From the NCBI GenBank assembly GCA_040876265.1, contig JBBDPN010000001.1, forward strand, positions 182,208 to 246,207: a stretch of 64,000 nucleotides of DNA, written 5' to 3'. Numbering within the stretch: position 1 is the stretch's first letter; every line of letters starts with the position of its first letter. A model generated the notes under the pieces. That model searched no databases and was not told the DNA's origin. It saw only the letters and a program-made list of their open reading frames with translations. Origin of the DNA: Candidatus Woykebacteria bacterium (GTDB lineage Bacteria > Patescibacteriota > Microgenomatia > Woykebacterales > RBG-16-39-9b). This document shows positions 30,684 through 40,772 of this stretch, piece by piece. Both the position numbers and the translations under genes were made by a program.

Positions 30684-31760
30684 ATGGATATTAAAGAGAT
30701 ACTAGAAGAAGCACTTAGGAGGGGTGCCTCCGATGTGCATCTTATGGCTGGAGTCTACCCGACACTGCGTGTGGATGGGAAATTAATACCAATCACTCGC
30801 GGTCCTGCGCCTATTCCGGAATATATAGAAAAACTGGTTCTTTCGTTATGCTTGCCAGAACAAAAAGAATTACTTATCACAAATAAGGAACTTGATTTCT
30901 CTTTCGCTTTGGGAGAGGTAGCAAGATTTCGTGTCAATTCTTTTTACCAAAAGGGCTATCTTTCAGCGGCGCTTCGTTTAATACCAAACAAAATCCCCGC
31001 CCTAGAAGAACTCCACCTACCAAAAATTTTGGGAAATTTGACGAAGTTGCGCCAAGGACTAGTCATCGTTGCTGGACCGACTGGGCACGGTAAATCAACT
31101 ACGATCGCCTCTCTTATTAATGTAATTAACACCGAAAAGGGCGACCATATAATTACTGTGGAGGATCCGATCGAGTACGTTTATCCGAGTCGTAAATCCC
31201 TTATTGCCCAACGTGAGATGCATCTAGATACCCACTCGTGGGAAATTGCATTGAGATCAGTTTTGCGTGAGGATCCGGATGTGGTGCTAATTGGCGAGAT
31301 GCGCGATTACGAGACCATCGAGTCGGTGTTGACAATAGCTGAAACCGGTCACTTGGTTTTTACTACCCTTCACACCAACTCAGCAGCGCAAACACTGGAC
31401 CGGGTGGTGGGAGTTTTCCCAGAAAATCAACAAGATCAGGTGCGTATGCAGCTATCCAACGTGGTCGAGGCGGTACTTTCGATGAGGCTAATTCCAGCTC
31501 AGGACGGCGGTCGTTACCCTGCTGTTGAAATATTACTGGCTACACCAGCGGTAAGAAATATTATCCGAGAAGGTAAGACTCACCTTATAGACAACATTAT
31601 CCAGACCTCATCGAGTATTGGTATGCAGACCTTGGAAACACCCCTTGCTTCTCTTGTCAAGTCGGGCCATATCAGCCTAGAAACAGCAATGTCTTACAGT
31701 TTGCGTCCACAGGAACTGGTGAGAGAAGTAAAGCATTTTGGGGCCAAGGTTAAATCTTAA
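30684..31760 (+). CDS. pilT: Twitching-motility / pilus-retraction ATPase
   Basis: SDVHLMAG..., GPTGHGKSTT, and a PilT-length core (358 aa). Confidence 0.9.
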   Translation: MDIKEILEEALRRGASDVHLMAGVYPTLRVDGKLIPITRGPAPIPEYIEKLVLSLCLPEQKELLITNKELDFSFALGEVARFRVNSFYQKGYLSAALRLIPNKIPALEELHLPKILGNLTKLRQGLVIVAGPTGHGKSTTIASLINVINTEKGDHIITVEDPIEYVYPSRKSLIAQREMHLDTHSWEIALRSVLREDPDVVLIGEMRDYETIESVLTIAETGHLVFTTLHTNSAAQTLDRVVGVFPENQQDQVRMQLSNVVEAVLSMRLIPAQDGGRYPAVEILLATPAVRNIIREGKTHLIDNIIQTSSSIGMQTLETPLASLVKSGHISLETAMSYSLRPQELVREVKHFGAKVKS

Positions 31761-31765
31761 AGAAC

Positions 31766-32962
31766 ATGCAAGAATTTAACTATACAGTTACAAATAAAGA
31801 AGGTACTTATCACAAAGGTCTGATCCAGGCTGTAAACTCTCGTCAAGCAGCGAATATATTGCATGAACGCGGTTTTACTGTAATCAGTATTGTCGAAAAG
31901 AAAAAAGGGTTTAATGTAGAAATATTTGGCGGAATTGGTATCGGTGACCAAGCTCAGTTTACTCGTCAGCTTGCTACCATGATTACTTCCGGATTACCTT
32001 TAGCAGAGTCTTTGGAAGTGCTGCAGAAACAAACGGAAAACAAGAAATTGAAGGAAATTATTGCTTCAATAAGTGAGGATATACAAGGGGGTGGTAGCTT
32101 TTCAGATTCTCTATCTAAACACAGTGAAGTATTTTCTGCTGCCTATATTAACGTGATAAAGGCTGGTGAAGCCTCAGGGACACTGGATAAAGTATTGTTA
32201 AAACTCTCAGAAACCTTGGAGAAGGAACGTGAGTTTCAGGGTAAGATTAAGGGGGCAATGGTGTATCCACTCATTATCACCGTTGCAATGCTGCTTGTAG
32301 CGGCAATCATCCTTATCTTTGTTATCCCTAAGCTGGGTCAAGTTTATCAAGATCTTGATATTGTGTTGCCACTGCCCACTCGCATTTTGATATGGGTGAG
32401 CGGTTTTATGGTCAAGTTTTGGTGGCTTGTGATTATAGCAATCGTTGGTGGTATTTTCGCCTTTCGTAGATACAGGAAAACGCCTGAGGGGGCATTGGTA
32501 GTAGATAGATTAATAATGAGATTACCGGTTTTTGGAAAACTCAATCGGGATACCTCTTTGACAGAGTTTACTCGGACCCTTGGAGCCTTGGTGGCAGCTG
32601 GCGTACCAATTCTAGAAGCTTTAAAAATAGCCGGTGAAACGGCGACAAATGCTGTTCACCGACAAGCTGTTAGCGCGATAGTGGCTAAAGTAGAGAAAGG
32701 TGCTTCCCTTTCTACGGCCATTACCAGCGAGGATGCATTTCCCCCTCTCATACCCCAGATGACTGCAGTTGGCGAAGAGACTGGGAAAATGGATGAGGTC
32801 CTTACTAAAGTTTCAATATTTTTTGAGATGGAAGTAGAGCAAGAGGTTAAAAATTTAACTACAGCTTTGGAGCCAATCATTATGATGGTGCTTGGTGTGA
32901 TGGTTGGTCTGCTGATGGTTTCGATCATACTGCCTATTTACAGTATTACTAGCGCCTTCTAA
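31766..32962 (+). CDS. pilC: Type IV pilus inner-membrane platform protein (GspF family)
   Basis: Two GspF repeats with three TM segments; 398 aa. Confidence 0.9.
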   Translation: MQEFNYTVTNKEGTYHKGLIQAVNSRQAANILHERGFTVISIVEKKKGFNVEIFGGIGIGDQAQFTRQLATMITSGLPLAESLEVLQKQTENKKLKEIIASISEDIQGGGSFSDSLSKHSEVFSAAYINVIKAGEASGTLDKVLLKLSETLEKEREFQGKIKGAMVYPLIITVAMLLVAAIILIFVIPKLGQVYQDLDIVLPLPTRILIWVSGFMVKFWWLVIIAIVGGIFAFRRYRKTPEGALVVDRLIMRLPVFGKLNRDTSLTEFTRTLGALVAAGVPILEALKIAGETATNAVHRQAVSAIVAKVEKGASLSTAITSEDAFPPLIPQMTAVGEETGKMDEVLTKVSIFFEMEVEQEVKNLTTALEPIIMMVLGVMVGLLMVSIILPIYSITSAF

Positions 32963-32971
32963 CCCGGTTTA

Positions 32972-33811
32972 ATGATTTTCCAAACTTTCCTTGTCTTTGT
33001 GCTTGGTTTGGCCATTGGATCGTTTCTAAACGTTGTGGCCTACCGTAGCGTCCAGGGTGGGTCGGTTTTTTTTGCCCGGTCAAAATGCCCACACTGTAAA
33101 GTTGATCTAAAGTCCGCTGATCTTATTCCCATAGTGAGTTTTATCCAGTTGAAAGGTAAATGTCGCTACTGTGGAGAGAAAATTTCTTGGCAGTACCCAC
33201 TGGTTGAATTGACTACGGGTTTTTTGTTTGCCTTCACATATATTTATTGGGGTAATTTAGCTGGTTTCCAGTTCCCAGAGACCAGTGTCCAGTATTTATT
33301 TGCTGGTAACTGGTTGCTGGCAACTAGCTACTTTACTTATTTGTTGTTTGTGGTAGGCGTACTGATAGTACTATTTGTGACAGATATCCGAGATGGACTC
33401 CTGCCAAACTCGGTTATTTTACCTTCAGCAGCCCTTGTCGGGGCCTACAAGCTCGCTTTATTAGTTTTTGGGTATATGGTACCTCAAAACCTTTTGCTGG
33501 ATCTTGTAGTCGCTTTTGTGGCTGCGGCGATCTTTTTTGCGATCGTTTACATAAGCGGCGAAAAAGCTATGGGTGGTGGGGATGTAAAGTTGATCTTTTT
33601 AATTGGCCTAATAGTTGGTTGGCCGGTCCTCTTGTTGAGCCTGTTTGTAGGCTTCTTGACAGGGGCTCTGGTTGCCGTTATGCTATTATTGATAGGTAAA
33701 AAGCGGTTCGGAGAAACTATTCCTCTAGGGCCGTTTTTGACTATAGGAGCTTTTGTCTCCTTGTTTTGGGGACAAGAAATTATTGAGCTTTATCTGAGGG
33801 CAATAACTTAA
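32972..33811 (+). CDS. pilD: Prepilin peptidase / N-methyltransferase (A24 family)
   Basis: N-terminal Cys pairs (CPHC...CRYCGEKI) and a polytopic membrane body with catalytic Asp regions. Confidence 0.85.
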   Translation: MIFQTFLVFVLGLAIGSFLNVVAYRSVQGGSVFFARSKCPHCKVDLKSADLIPIVSFIQLKGKCRYCGEKISWQYPLVELTTGFLFAFTYIYWGNLAGFQFPETSVQYLFAGNWLLATSYFTYLLFVVGVLIVLFVTDIRDGLLPNSVILPSAALVGAYKLALLVFGYMVPQNLLLDLVVAFVAAAIFFAIVYISGEKAMGGGDVKLIFLIGLIVGWPVLLLSLFVGFLTGALVAVMLLLIGKKRFGETIPLGPFLTIGAFVSLFWGQEIIELYLRAIT

Positions 33812-33900
33812 ATGATACTGCCTGGTGAAACAAATCTGAAATCCCATTTATTATTTTTCTTTGTAAACGTTTTTCCTATTCGAGAGGAGGTGAAGCAATA

Positions 33901-34356
33901 GTGATTGAGAAACTTAAATCTCGATTGAGCACCTCAAAAGGTTTTACCCTTGTGGAGTTGCTGATCGTAATCGCGATTATCGCTATTCTTGTCCTGATCG
34001 TGATTATTGCAATTAACCCAATTCAAAGAATTCAGGACGCCACCGATAGAACTGCAGAGTCAAACGTAAGAGCGGTTGCTACTGCTGTAGAAGGTTGTCT
34101 GACCAATCGTGATAATTCTGTAGAATTTCGGAATTGCGATGACGAAGCCGCGTTGATAAGTTCAGCCACACCAGGTGGACCTTGGATTCGGCAGTGGCCA
34201 GACGCTAACACTGAAGTCGAAGTAAGTCCAGATGTTGATGGTCCGATTGAGGTATGTCAACAAGCTGGAGGTAATAATAGGATGGCCAAGTGGGCCACTG
34301 ATACAGGGACAGTTACAATTCAAGCAGGTACGGTATCAGCAAACACCTGTCCGTAA
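33901..34356 (+). CDS. Type IV pilin (major-pilin candidate)
   Basis: Leader MIEKLKSRLSTSKG followed by FTLVELLIVIAIIAIL (class III signal with Glu at +5). GTG start 8 nt after GAGGAGG. Several Cys in the C-terminal domain. Confidence 0.8.
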   Translation: MIEKLKSRLSTSKGFTLVELLIVIAIIAILVLIVIIAINPIQRIQDATDRTAESNVRAVATAVEGCLTNRDNSVEFRNCDDEAALISSATPGGPWIRQWPDANTEVEVSPDVDGPIEVCQQAGGNNRMAKWATDTGTVTIQAGTVSANTCP

Positions 34357-34501
34357 AAGGTAGAAACTAGGAACAAGAGGAATAAGAAAAACAATCGGTG
34401 CACCGATCTGTAGTTGGTAGAGATCTATAGAAGATAAATTGGCAAGGTCAGATATACATTGTGTAAGTTCCGCAGAAAGCGGAGAGGATTTACGTGGTGT
34501 T

Positions 34502-34942
34502 ATGAGTATAAATAAGAATCTAGCTTCAAAAAAAGCCTTTACATTGGTTGAACTTTTGGTGGTAATATCCATAATTGCAGTTTTGGTTACTATCGTGATC
34601 ATTGCAATCAACCCCCAAACCCTTATACGCAATACTAATGATACTAAGAAAAGGACAGAACTAAACCAAGTCAAAACATCCCTGCAGCTATATTTCAACG
34701 ATAATCAAGCCTACCCCGCCAGCGCTGATTTGGCTGATCTTACCCCTACTTATATGAAGCAGGACCCAACAAATCTAGGTTATACGGTAGAGTATGAGTC
34801 GGATGGAGACACATATGTTGCTGGAGTGGTTCTGGAAAATCCGAGTAGTGATGATGGTGATACCGAAACTAAGTGCGCAAACGATGCGACTACAGTTAGT
34901 TTTGATCTTACCGCGGTCAATTACGTAATCTGTCCAGATTGA
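34502..34942 (+). CDS. Type IV pilin, second copy
   Basis: MSINKNLASKKA, then FTLVELLVVISIIAVL. Start placed at the internal ATG of ORF 34439..34942, after GGAGAGGA. Confidence 0.75.
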   Translation: MSINKNLASKKAFTLVELLVVISIIAVLVTIVIIAINPQTLIRNTNDTKKRTELNQVKTSLQLYFNDNQAYPASADLADLTPTYMKQDPTNLGYTVEYESDGDTYVAGVVLENPSSDDGDTETKCANDATTVSFDLTAVNYVICPD

Positions 34943-34943
34943 T

Positions 34944-35465
34944 ATGCCTCCCTACCCTACCCAATTACTAAAATCCGCAAAAGGCATCTCCTTCATCTCA
35001 GTGATCATTATCTTCGCTGTTATTTTCGCGGGGCTGAACGCTTACGCTTATTTTAATCCTGAGTTCCAACTGAACAAACTCAGCTTTGTGTATTACCTGC
35101 GGGAGTTTAATGACAATCAGAGGAAAGATGATCTAAATAAAATAGCGGCGGCAGTGGAAAAGTATTACGACGAAAACGGAGAATATCCGGCCAAAGATGG
35201 ATGGTGCGGTAGAGTGCTTTCTGTCCTCCACCCGGAGGTAAAAGATGCTATATCTGGCTATTTTAGCGGTGAGGGTATACCCCAGGACCCGTCCTTTCGA
35301 GGTACCGGGGAAGATTATTTTTACCGAAGGCAAGATAGAAAAACATTTATTTTGCTGGCAAAGCTTGAAAACCCACCATTTGGATCCCCTACCTATAACT
35401 ACAGTGGTTGCTATGATTGGCCGGGTAACGACTTATTTAATTACCGGGTAGTAGGTTCACATTAG
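34944..35465 (+). CDS. Pilin-like / pseudopilin-like protein with a non-canonical N-terminus
   Basis: N-terminal hydrophobic helix, but no G-F-x-x-x-E cleavage consensus. Carries a GspG-like globular motif (LNKIAAAVEKYYDENGEYPA). Confidence 0.45.
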   Translation: MPPYPTQLLKSAKGISFISVIIIFAVIFAGLNAYAYFNPEFQLNKLSFVYYLREFNDNQRKDDLNKIAAAVEKYYDENGEYPAKDGWCGRVLSVLHPEVKDAISGYFSGEGIPQDPSFRGTGEDYFYRRQDRKTFILLAKLENPPFGSPTYNYSGCYDWPGNDLFNYRVVGSH

Positions 35466-35482
35466 ATTTGCTTTAACTGTTA

Positions 35483-36178
35483 TTGCAACCAGATAGTTTG
35501 TCTGCTACAGTAAAAATAATGCCTGCATTTACATTTAGATCTAAGATCTCAGCTTTAAGGTTTAAGGACTTTAAACTCCCCTCTACTACTCAACCCTTCA
35601 AACCCCAATTGCCTGTTGGTAAGGGATTTACCCTGATCGAACTTCTAATTGTAATTGCTTTGATTGGGATTTTGGCCACGGTTATCCTGGCTAACTACAA
35701 CAGTTTTGGGGCTCGACAGGAGGTAAAAAACGCTGCCGAAGAGCTTAAAAGTGAACTACGTAAATACCAAACGTTTGCTATTTCCGGCCAGAAAAACCCG
35801 ACTCAGAGTGTTGGTTGTCTCTCCAGCACGCTAGATTCTTACTCTATTATAATCGACTCCACTCCTCACATTAACGTTGATTTAAACTGCACCGATCCCA
35901 ATAGTGTTGTACCTATCACAAACGAGTTTCCCTGGCCATCTACCAGCCAAGTGACGGTTAGCGAAGTAGGAATCTATAACGCTTCGGTCCCAAGTTTTAC
36001 TTCGTGTGCTTCGGTAAATATTGTGTTCAGGCCAACAAATCAAGGCGTGACTCTAGAGTGCTCTGGAGTACCTACCACAGAAGATATTTACTTGAGAGTG
36101 GTTAGTCCAACTGCGAGTGGTTTGATCTACAATTTAATTGTGACAAGTGCTGGAGAAATTTATGTTCAGAAACAGTGA
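35483..36178 (+). CDS. Minor pilin (prepilin-type N-terminal domain)
   Basis: KGFTLIELLIVIALIGILA. As drawn from the ATG, the leader is 47 aa. A TTG at 35609 would give the short leader MPVGKG followed by FTLIE, so the true start is probably internal. Confidence 0.65.
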   Translation: MQPDSLSATVKIMPAFTFRSKISALRFKDFKLPSTTQPFKPQLPVGKGFTLIELLIVIALIGILATVILANYNSFGARQEVKNAAEELKSELRKYQTFAISGQKNPTQSVGCLSSTLDSYSIIIDSTPHINVDLNCTDPNSVVPITNEFPWPSTSQVTVSEVGIYNASVPSFTSCASVNIVFRPTNQGVTLECSGVPTTEDIYLRVVSPTASGLIYNLIVTSAGEIYVQKQ

Positions 36179-36743
36179 AAAAGGCCAAACTTTAATCGAA
36201 GCAGTAGTTACTCTGGGAGTTGCGCTGGTAATAATTGGGTCTATTGTATCCCTGGTCAATGCAAGCAACCGTCGAGCGACACTCTCTCGCCAAGCAACTC
36301 AAGCCTCCAAACTTTCCCAGGAAGGTATGGAGATCGTGCGCAATATTAGGGATGTTGGCAACGACCAAGCGGTAAGGGTTGATAACACAGGTACATGTAG
36401 CGATGCTAGCCCCTGTTCTTGGGGAGACTTGTATGGTAACAAGCAGTTTACTTTCACAGCATATTTACAGGAGCCGGGTAGCGCTGGCTGCCCAATTATG
36501 GAGTCTTGGTGTCTGTCCAGCGTGGGTGAACCGCCTCTACTAACCATATTTACCAGGCAAGTTGAGATAAGTGACGACGAATTTACTGATAGTGATGGTG
36601 ACACTAATATTTGCGCTGAAGCAGTTGGTGGAACATCTCTGGGTTCGGATGAAATTAAGAGAGTAACAGTAGCTGTTGGCTGGGACTCGCCCGTTGGTAA
36701 CCAAACTAGAAGAAATATAAGTTGTATAGCTAATTGGCGATGA
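36147..36743 (+). CDS. Minor pilin / pseudopilin
   Basis: EKGQTLIEAVVTLGVALVII prepilin-type N-terminus; Cys-rich C-terminal domain. Confidence 0.65.
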   Translation: MLEKFMFRNSEKGQTLIEAVVTLGVALVIIGSIVSLVNASNRRATLSRQATQASKLSQEGMEIVRNIRDVGNDQAVRVDNTGTCSDASPCSWGDLYGNKQFTFTAYLQEPGSAGCPIMESWCLSSVGEPPLLTIFTRQVEISDDEFTDSDGDTNICAEAVGGTSLGSDEIKRVTVAVGWDSPVGNQTRRNISCIANWR

Positions 36744-37291
36744 AAATGAGAAGCAAGCAATCACAAAATGGTTTTACACTTGTCGAACTGCTCGTGGTAA
36801 CAGCCGTTATTGGAATATTGGCGATTATAAGTGCTACTGTATTTAACTCCATTTTACGGTCCCAAAATAAAACCGCCGTAATAAACGAGGTCAGGCAAAA
36901 CGGGAACCTGGCGATTGATAAGCTTGACCGTGACGTAAAACAAGCTTCAGAAGTAACACTAGTTGACGATTTGCAGGATGGCGATATAACAGATGGTGAT
37001 GCCACAAGTATTAAATTGACAACAGATCAAGGACTAATTACTTGGGAATGTGACGATATCGGTCTTACCATAAATAGAAACGTGGCTTCTGTTTTAAATA
37101 CCGACTCACTGAACGGTGTTCGCTTGGTAGCTGGAAGTTGTCGCTTTGTGGTGTCAGATCCAGCCTCAACTACAACCCAGTTGGTTAAATTTGAGTTTAG
37201 ATTACAACAAGGGTCGGCAGCTCCAGCTAGGTCAGAATTTGAAGTTAATGAGCCTTTCGAGGCGACTATTGGAACCAGATCTTACCAATAG
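36734..37291 (+). CDS. Minor pilin
   Basis: QNGFTLVELLVVTAVIGILAII. Confidence 0.75.
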   Translation: MAMKMRSKQSQNGFTLVELLVVTAVIGILAIISATVFNSILRSQNKTAVINEVRQNGNLAIDKLDRDVKQASEVTLVDDLQDGDITDGDATSIKLTTDQGLITWECDDIGLTINRNVASVLNTDSLNGVRLVAGSCRFVVSDPASTTTQLVKFEFRLQQGSAAPARSEFEVNEPFEATIGTRSYQ

Positions 37292-37346
37292 CGTAATTGC
37301 TTGACACTTATCCTCTTGAGTAGATAAACTAGAATAGAGAAAGCCG

Positions 37347-38282
37347 ATGAAATTCCTGCCAAAGACTCCTCACAAGCGCCTCCGAAGCCCAAGAGGGCAA
37401 ATTTTAATACTTTTCCTACTGGTGTTGGTAGTTGGTTTAGCAATAGTCCTATCCATCTCTTCAAGAACTGTAACTGATATTAGGACTACCACAACCAGTG
37501 ATGAAAGTAATCGAGCTTATTTCGCTGCCGAAGCTGGTGTGGAGGAAGCCCTGCGGCAATTGGATTTTGGTAACACGGGCGACCTTACTCTTGATTTCAA
37601 CGATCTAAATCAAACAGAAGCCAATGTCAATGTTCAAAGCGGTGGTAGCATACCAAGATTTGTTTTTCCGCAGGTAATTCAGAAAGACCACGTAGCCCAA
37701 GTAGTGTTTTTGGAGACTTGGGACGATTTGAGCAGCGGCTCATGGAATGGTGAGTTAGAAATTCTTTGGGGAGGCGGTAGTCCCCCAGATCAACCAGAAA
37801 CGCCCGCAATTGAAGTCTCAGTAATTTATAAGTCCCAGGTTGGTGGGCAGTGGGTTATCCAGCAAGGTGGAATAAGTAAAACTGCTTTTGACCCTTATGC
37901 GGCTCGACCGACAGCTTTTAATTGCACAATTGGTAGTGGTATGGCAACTATATCCCCACCCCAAACACTTGAAGGATTTGACTTTAACTTCATGGCCACT
38001 TTGGATGTTAGTGGACCAAACGAGGATTGTGATAGTCTCGATGCGGGTTCGGGAGAGCCTGTATTAGCCAGAATTAAAGTGTTGTATGGTCCTAGTCCAA
38101 TAGCGGTTCGTCCGGCTGATCCAAACAACCAACTGTACGCTCAGGGTTGGCAAATAGAGTCCAGTGGTAATACTCTCTCAGGTGTGACCAGAAAGCTGGA
38201 TGTTACTAGATTGTTTCCTTCACTTTCAGGACTTTTTGATTACGTGTTGTTCAACGGAAGTAGTAACCCATTAAGTAAATAA
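37347..38282 (+). CDS. PilX-like pilus-assembly protein (PilX_N-type N-terminus)
   Basis: RGQILILFLLVLVVGLAIVLSIS...AYFAAEAGVEEAL resembles the PilX N-terminal domain. Confidence 0.5.
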   Translation: MKFLPKTPHKRLRSPRGQILILFLLVLVVGLAIVLSISSRTVTDIRTTTTSDESNRAYFAAEAGVEEALRQLDFGNTGDLTLDFNDLNQTEANVNVQSGGSIPRFVFPQVIQKDHVAQVVFLETWDDLSSGSWNGELEILWGGGSPPDQPETPAIEVSVIYKSQVGGQWVIQQGGISKTAFDPYAARPTAFNCTIGSGMATISPPQTLEGFDFNFMATLDVSGPNEDCDSLDAGSGEPVLARIKVLYGPSPIAVRPADPNNQLYAQGWQIESSGNTLSGVTRKLDVTRLFPSLSGLFDYVLFNGSSNPLSK

Positions 38283-38370
38283 GCTGCCCTTTAAAATGTT
38301 AATATTTCCCACTTCTGAAGGTCTTGCAACCTAAATGAAGCGTATGTTACTATAGTTCTTAGGAGAAATT

Positions 38371-39423
38371 ATGCCTGCCCTAGGTCATATCGGTTTAGAC
38401 ATTGGTAGCCACAGTATAAAAGCAGTTCAACTTTCAGGTTCGGTAGAAAGACCAATTTTTGTTGCGGCCGGACAGATAGAGATTCCAGTCCAAGTGAGAA
38501 ACCAACCTCCGGGAGGAACCGACGAAGAGTCTATATCTGTAATTGCCAACTCCATTCGCTCGCTCCATCGCGAAGCTCATTTTAGTACAGATAAGGTAGT
38601 TGTGTCCCTACCCGAATCTCAAGTCTTTACTAGGGTTGTTGAGCTTCCTTCCTTGAAACAATCAGAGATTCAAAACGCGCTGGCTTGGGAAGCCGAACAA
38701 TACGTTCCCGTACCTATTAACGAGGTAAAGCTGGACTGGCAAGTATTGGATGACGGAAAAACCAACAAATCCGGTAAAGTAGAGGTTCTTCTAGTTGCTG
38801 CCCCGATAAACTTAATTGACCGGTTTTTGAACATAATAAGGATCGCTGGACTGTCCCCTACCAGTTTGGAAACTGAAATTACTGCTGTTGTGCGTTCTCT
38901 AGTACAACGCATTGAAGGCGCACCAACGACAATGGTTGTAAGTTTGGGGGCATCAACCACTGATTTAAGTATAGTGAGTACTGGTCGAATTAGTTTTACA
39001 AGGTCTATCGCTACTGGGGGAAGTGCAATAGCACGAGGAGTTGCTCAAGAGCTTGGTTTTGAACTAGATCAAGCCACAGAATATATGAAAACTTACGGTT
39101 TGGACCCAACGTCACTTGAAGGTAAGGTGATGCAGGCGATAAAGCCAATTTTTGATGTTATTGTAAACGAGATACGAAGAGTTCTGGCTTACTACGCAAC
39201 AAAACATCCAGAAGTCCCGGTCAAAAGAGTTGTAGTTACCGGCGGAACCGCAAAACTTCCTGGATTAGTAATATACCTAGCGGAAGCTTTGGGGATAGAG
39301 GTACAGGTGGGAAATCCTTGGGAAGGCATCGCCCTGCCCAGCAGGGTGGCTAATAAACTAGTTAGCGACGCTACTTCCTATGCAGTAGCAGTTGGTTTGG
39401 CCTTAAAGCAAAGTAATAAATAA
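38371..39423 (+). CDS. pilM: Type IV pilus assembly ATPase-fold protein
   Basis: Actin-like fold: GLDIGSHSIKAV, GGGTAKLPGL. Confidence 0.85.
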   Translation: MPALGHIGLDIGSHSIKAVQLSGSVERPIFVAAGQIEIPVQVRNQPPGGTDEESISVIANSIRSLHREAHFSTDKVVVSLPESQVFTRVVELPSLKQSEIQNALAWEAEQYVPVPINEVKLDWQVLDDGKTNKSGKVEVLLVAAPINLIDRFLNIIRIAGLSPTSLETEITAVVRSLVQRIEGAPTTMVVSLGASTTDLSIVSTGRISFTRSIATGGSAIARGVAQELGFELDQATEYMKTYGLDPTSLEGKVMQAIKPIFDVIVNEIRRVLAYYATKHPEVPVKRVVVTGGTAKLPGLVIYLAEALGIEVQVGNPWEGIALPSRVANKLVSDATSYAVAVGLALKQSNK

Positions 39424-39427
39424 GAAA

Positions 39428-40018
39428 ATGGCAGAAGATATAAACCTAATACCAAAAGAAGTTACCCAGAAGGAAGAAACCAAAGGAAGTATTAACCGCA
39501 CAGTAAACATGGCGGCAATTATTTCTTTGCTTGTAGTGGCTGCTCTTTTGCTGGCCCTTTTTGGTTATCAATTTTTTCTTAGTGCAAGTAGCAAGAGAAT
39601 AGAAAACCAAACGAAGGAAGCCGAAGAGCAAATTCTAGCGCAGTCAAGTAAGGAGATAAGCTACCGTGCCCTGGTCGGGAAATTGGAAGAGACTTCCAAG
39701 TTTTTATCATCCCAACTCAATTATTCCGAAGCGTACGGGAAACTTCTTAAGATATTCAAAGACTCGGGTGTGGTAATTACGGATACCGAATTTAAAAACG
39801 ACGGGAATTTTAGTGTAAGCGGTGATGCAAAATCGTCAAGCAATTTTGGTAAGTTGGTAGATGGTTTGACGGACGAGCAATTTAAAGAAGATTTTGATAT
39901 GGTGACTCTTGTGTCGATTACCAAAATTGAAGGCGAGCCTTATAAATTCACAGTCGAGTTTAAAGTTTTAAAGAAAGGGTTATTTGAGGCTACTCCCAGC
40001 ACTCAAATAAATAAATAA
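39428..40018 (+). CDS. pilN: Type IV pilus assembly protein PilN-like
   Basis: INLIPKE (INLLP-type motif), then one TM helix. Confidence 0.65.
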   Translation: MAEDINLIPKEVTQKEETKGSINRTVNMAAIISLLVVAALLLALFGYQFFLSASSKRIENQTKEAEEQILAQSSKEISYRALVGKLEETSKFLSSQLNYSEAYGKLLKIFKDSGVVITDTEFKNDGNFSVSGDAKSSSNFGKLVDGLTDEQFKEDFDMVTLVSITKIEGEPYKFTVEFKVLKKGLFEATPSTQINK

Positions 40019-40755
40019 TGAAGCTAAGCAACCCTTCACTAATTAGATTATATATAGTTCCGGTTTTAGTTATTGTAACTATCGTTTTATTAATCCCTTT
40101 GGTTTTGATGCCGCAGCTGGAGAGAATTAAAGAGAAAAATATCGAAGTAAAAAAAGGAAATGAACGGCTCGAAGCTTTACGTGCAAAACTGGAAAAATTA
40201 AACTTTATCGATGAAGGTGATGTAAGCCTAAAATTACTTGAAATGGAGGAGGTTGTCCCCAGTGGTAAAGAGCTGGCTCCTCTTGTGGTTGGTGTTCGAG
40301 CGCTAGCAGGTAAGGCTGGGTTAAAGGTTGATTCTATGGAACTTAAACCTGGGAGAGTAGCGACTTCCAGCGCCACTTCTTCAGCATCGAAAAGACTAAA
40401 GTCTGAGGAAGCTAAGTCTAACACCGAGGAAGAGACTTTGTCGTTCCTGCTTTCTTTGAGCGGAAGAGGATTAAACAGAGCCGAGGAATTCTTAAGTGAT
40501 ATAGAAAGAGCAAAAAGACTGTTAGGTATAGAAACAATTAAATTGGCTCGTCAGGAAAGAGGGGAATATACTTTTGAAATGGAGATTGTTGCCCCGTTTA
40601 AAGAATTAGAAAGTAGTGGGGATATAATTGCTTCCCCACTACCATCTTTAACGACAGAGCTTGAAAGAGTTTATGATTTTGTAACAAATTTCGTAAATTA
40701 CACCAACGTTCCGGTTCAAAAGGTCGATACAGGTGCAAGTGATCCTTTTAGGTAA
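40018..40755 (+). CDS. Type IV pilus assembly protein PilO-like
   Basis: Single TM helix plus a coiled-coil. Assigned by position after pilM and pilN. Confidence 0.5.
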   Translation: MKLSNPSLIRLYIVPVLVIVTIVLLIPLVLMPQLERIKEKNIEVKKGNERLEALRAKLEKLNFIDEGDVSLKLLEMEEVVPSGKELAPLVVGVRALAGKAGLKVDSMELKPGRVATSSATSSASKRLKSEEAKSNTEEETLSFLLSLSGRGLNRAEEFLSDIERAKRLLGIETIKLARQERGEYTFEMEIVAPFKELESSGDIIASPLPSLTTELERVYDFVTNFVNYTNVPVQKVDTGASDPFR

Positions 40756-40772
40756 GAGGAGCAAACTAGTGC

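Noticed and set aside
34336-38960. Antisense or overlapping ORFs within the pilus locus and within gyrA and gyrB (for example 34336..34698-, 36299..36760-, 23862..24200+ and 26244..26435+)
   Set aside because: They are embedded in well-supported genes on the opposite strand or in another frame, with no ribosome-binding sites and no compositional support for coding. They are spurious ORF-track entries.
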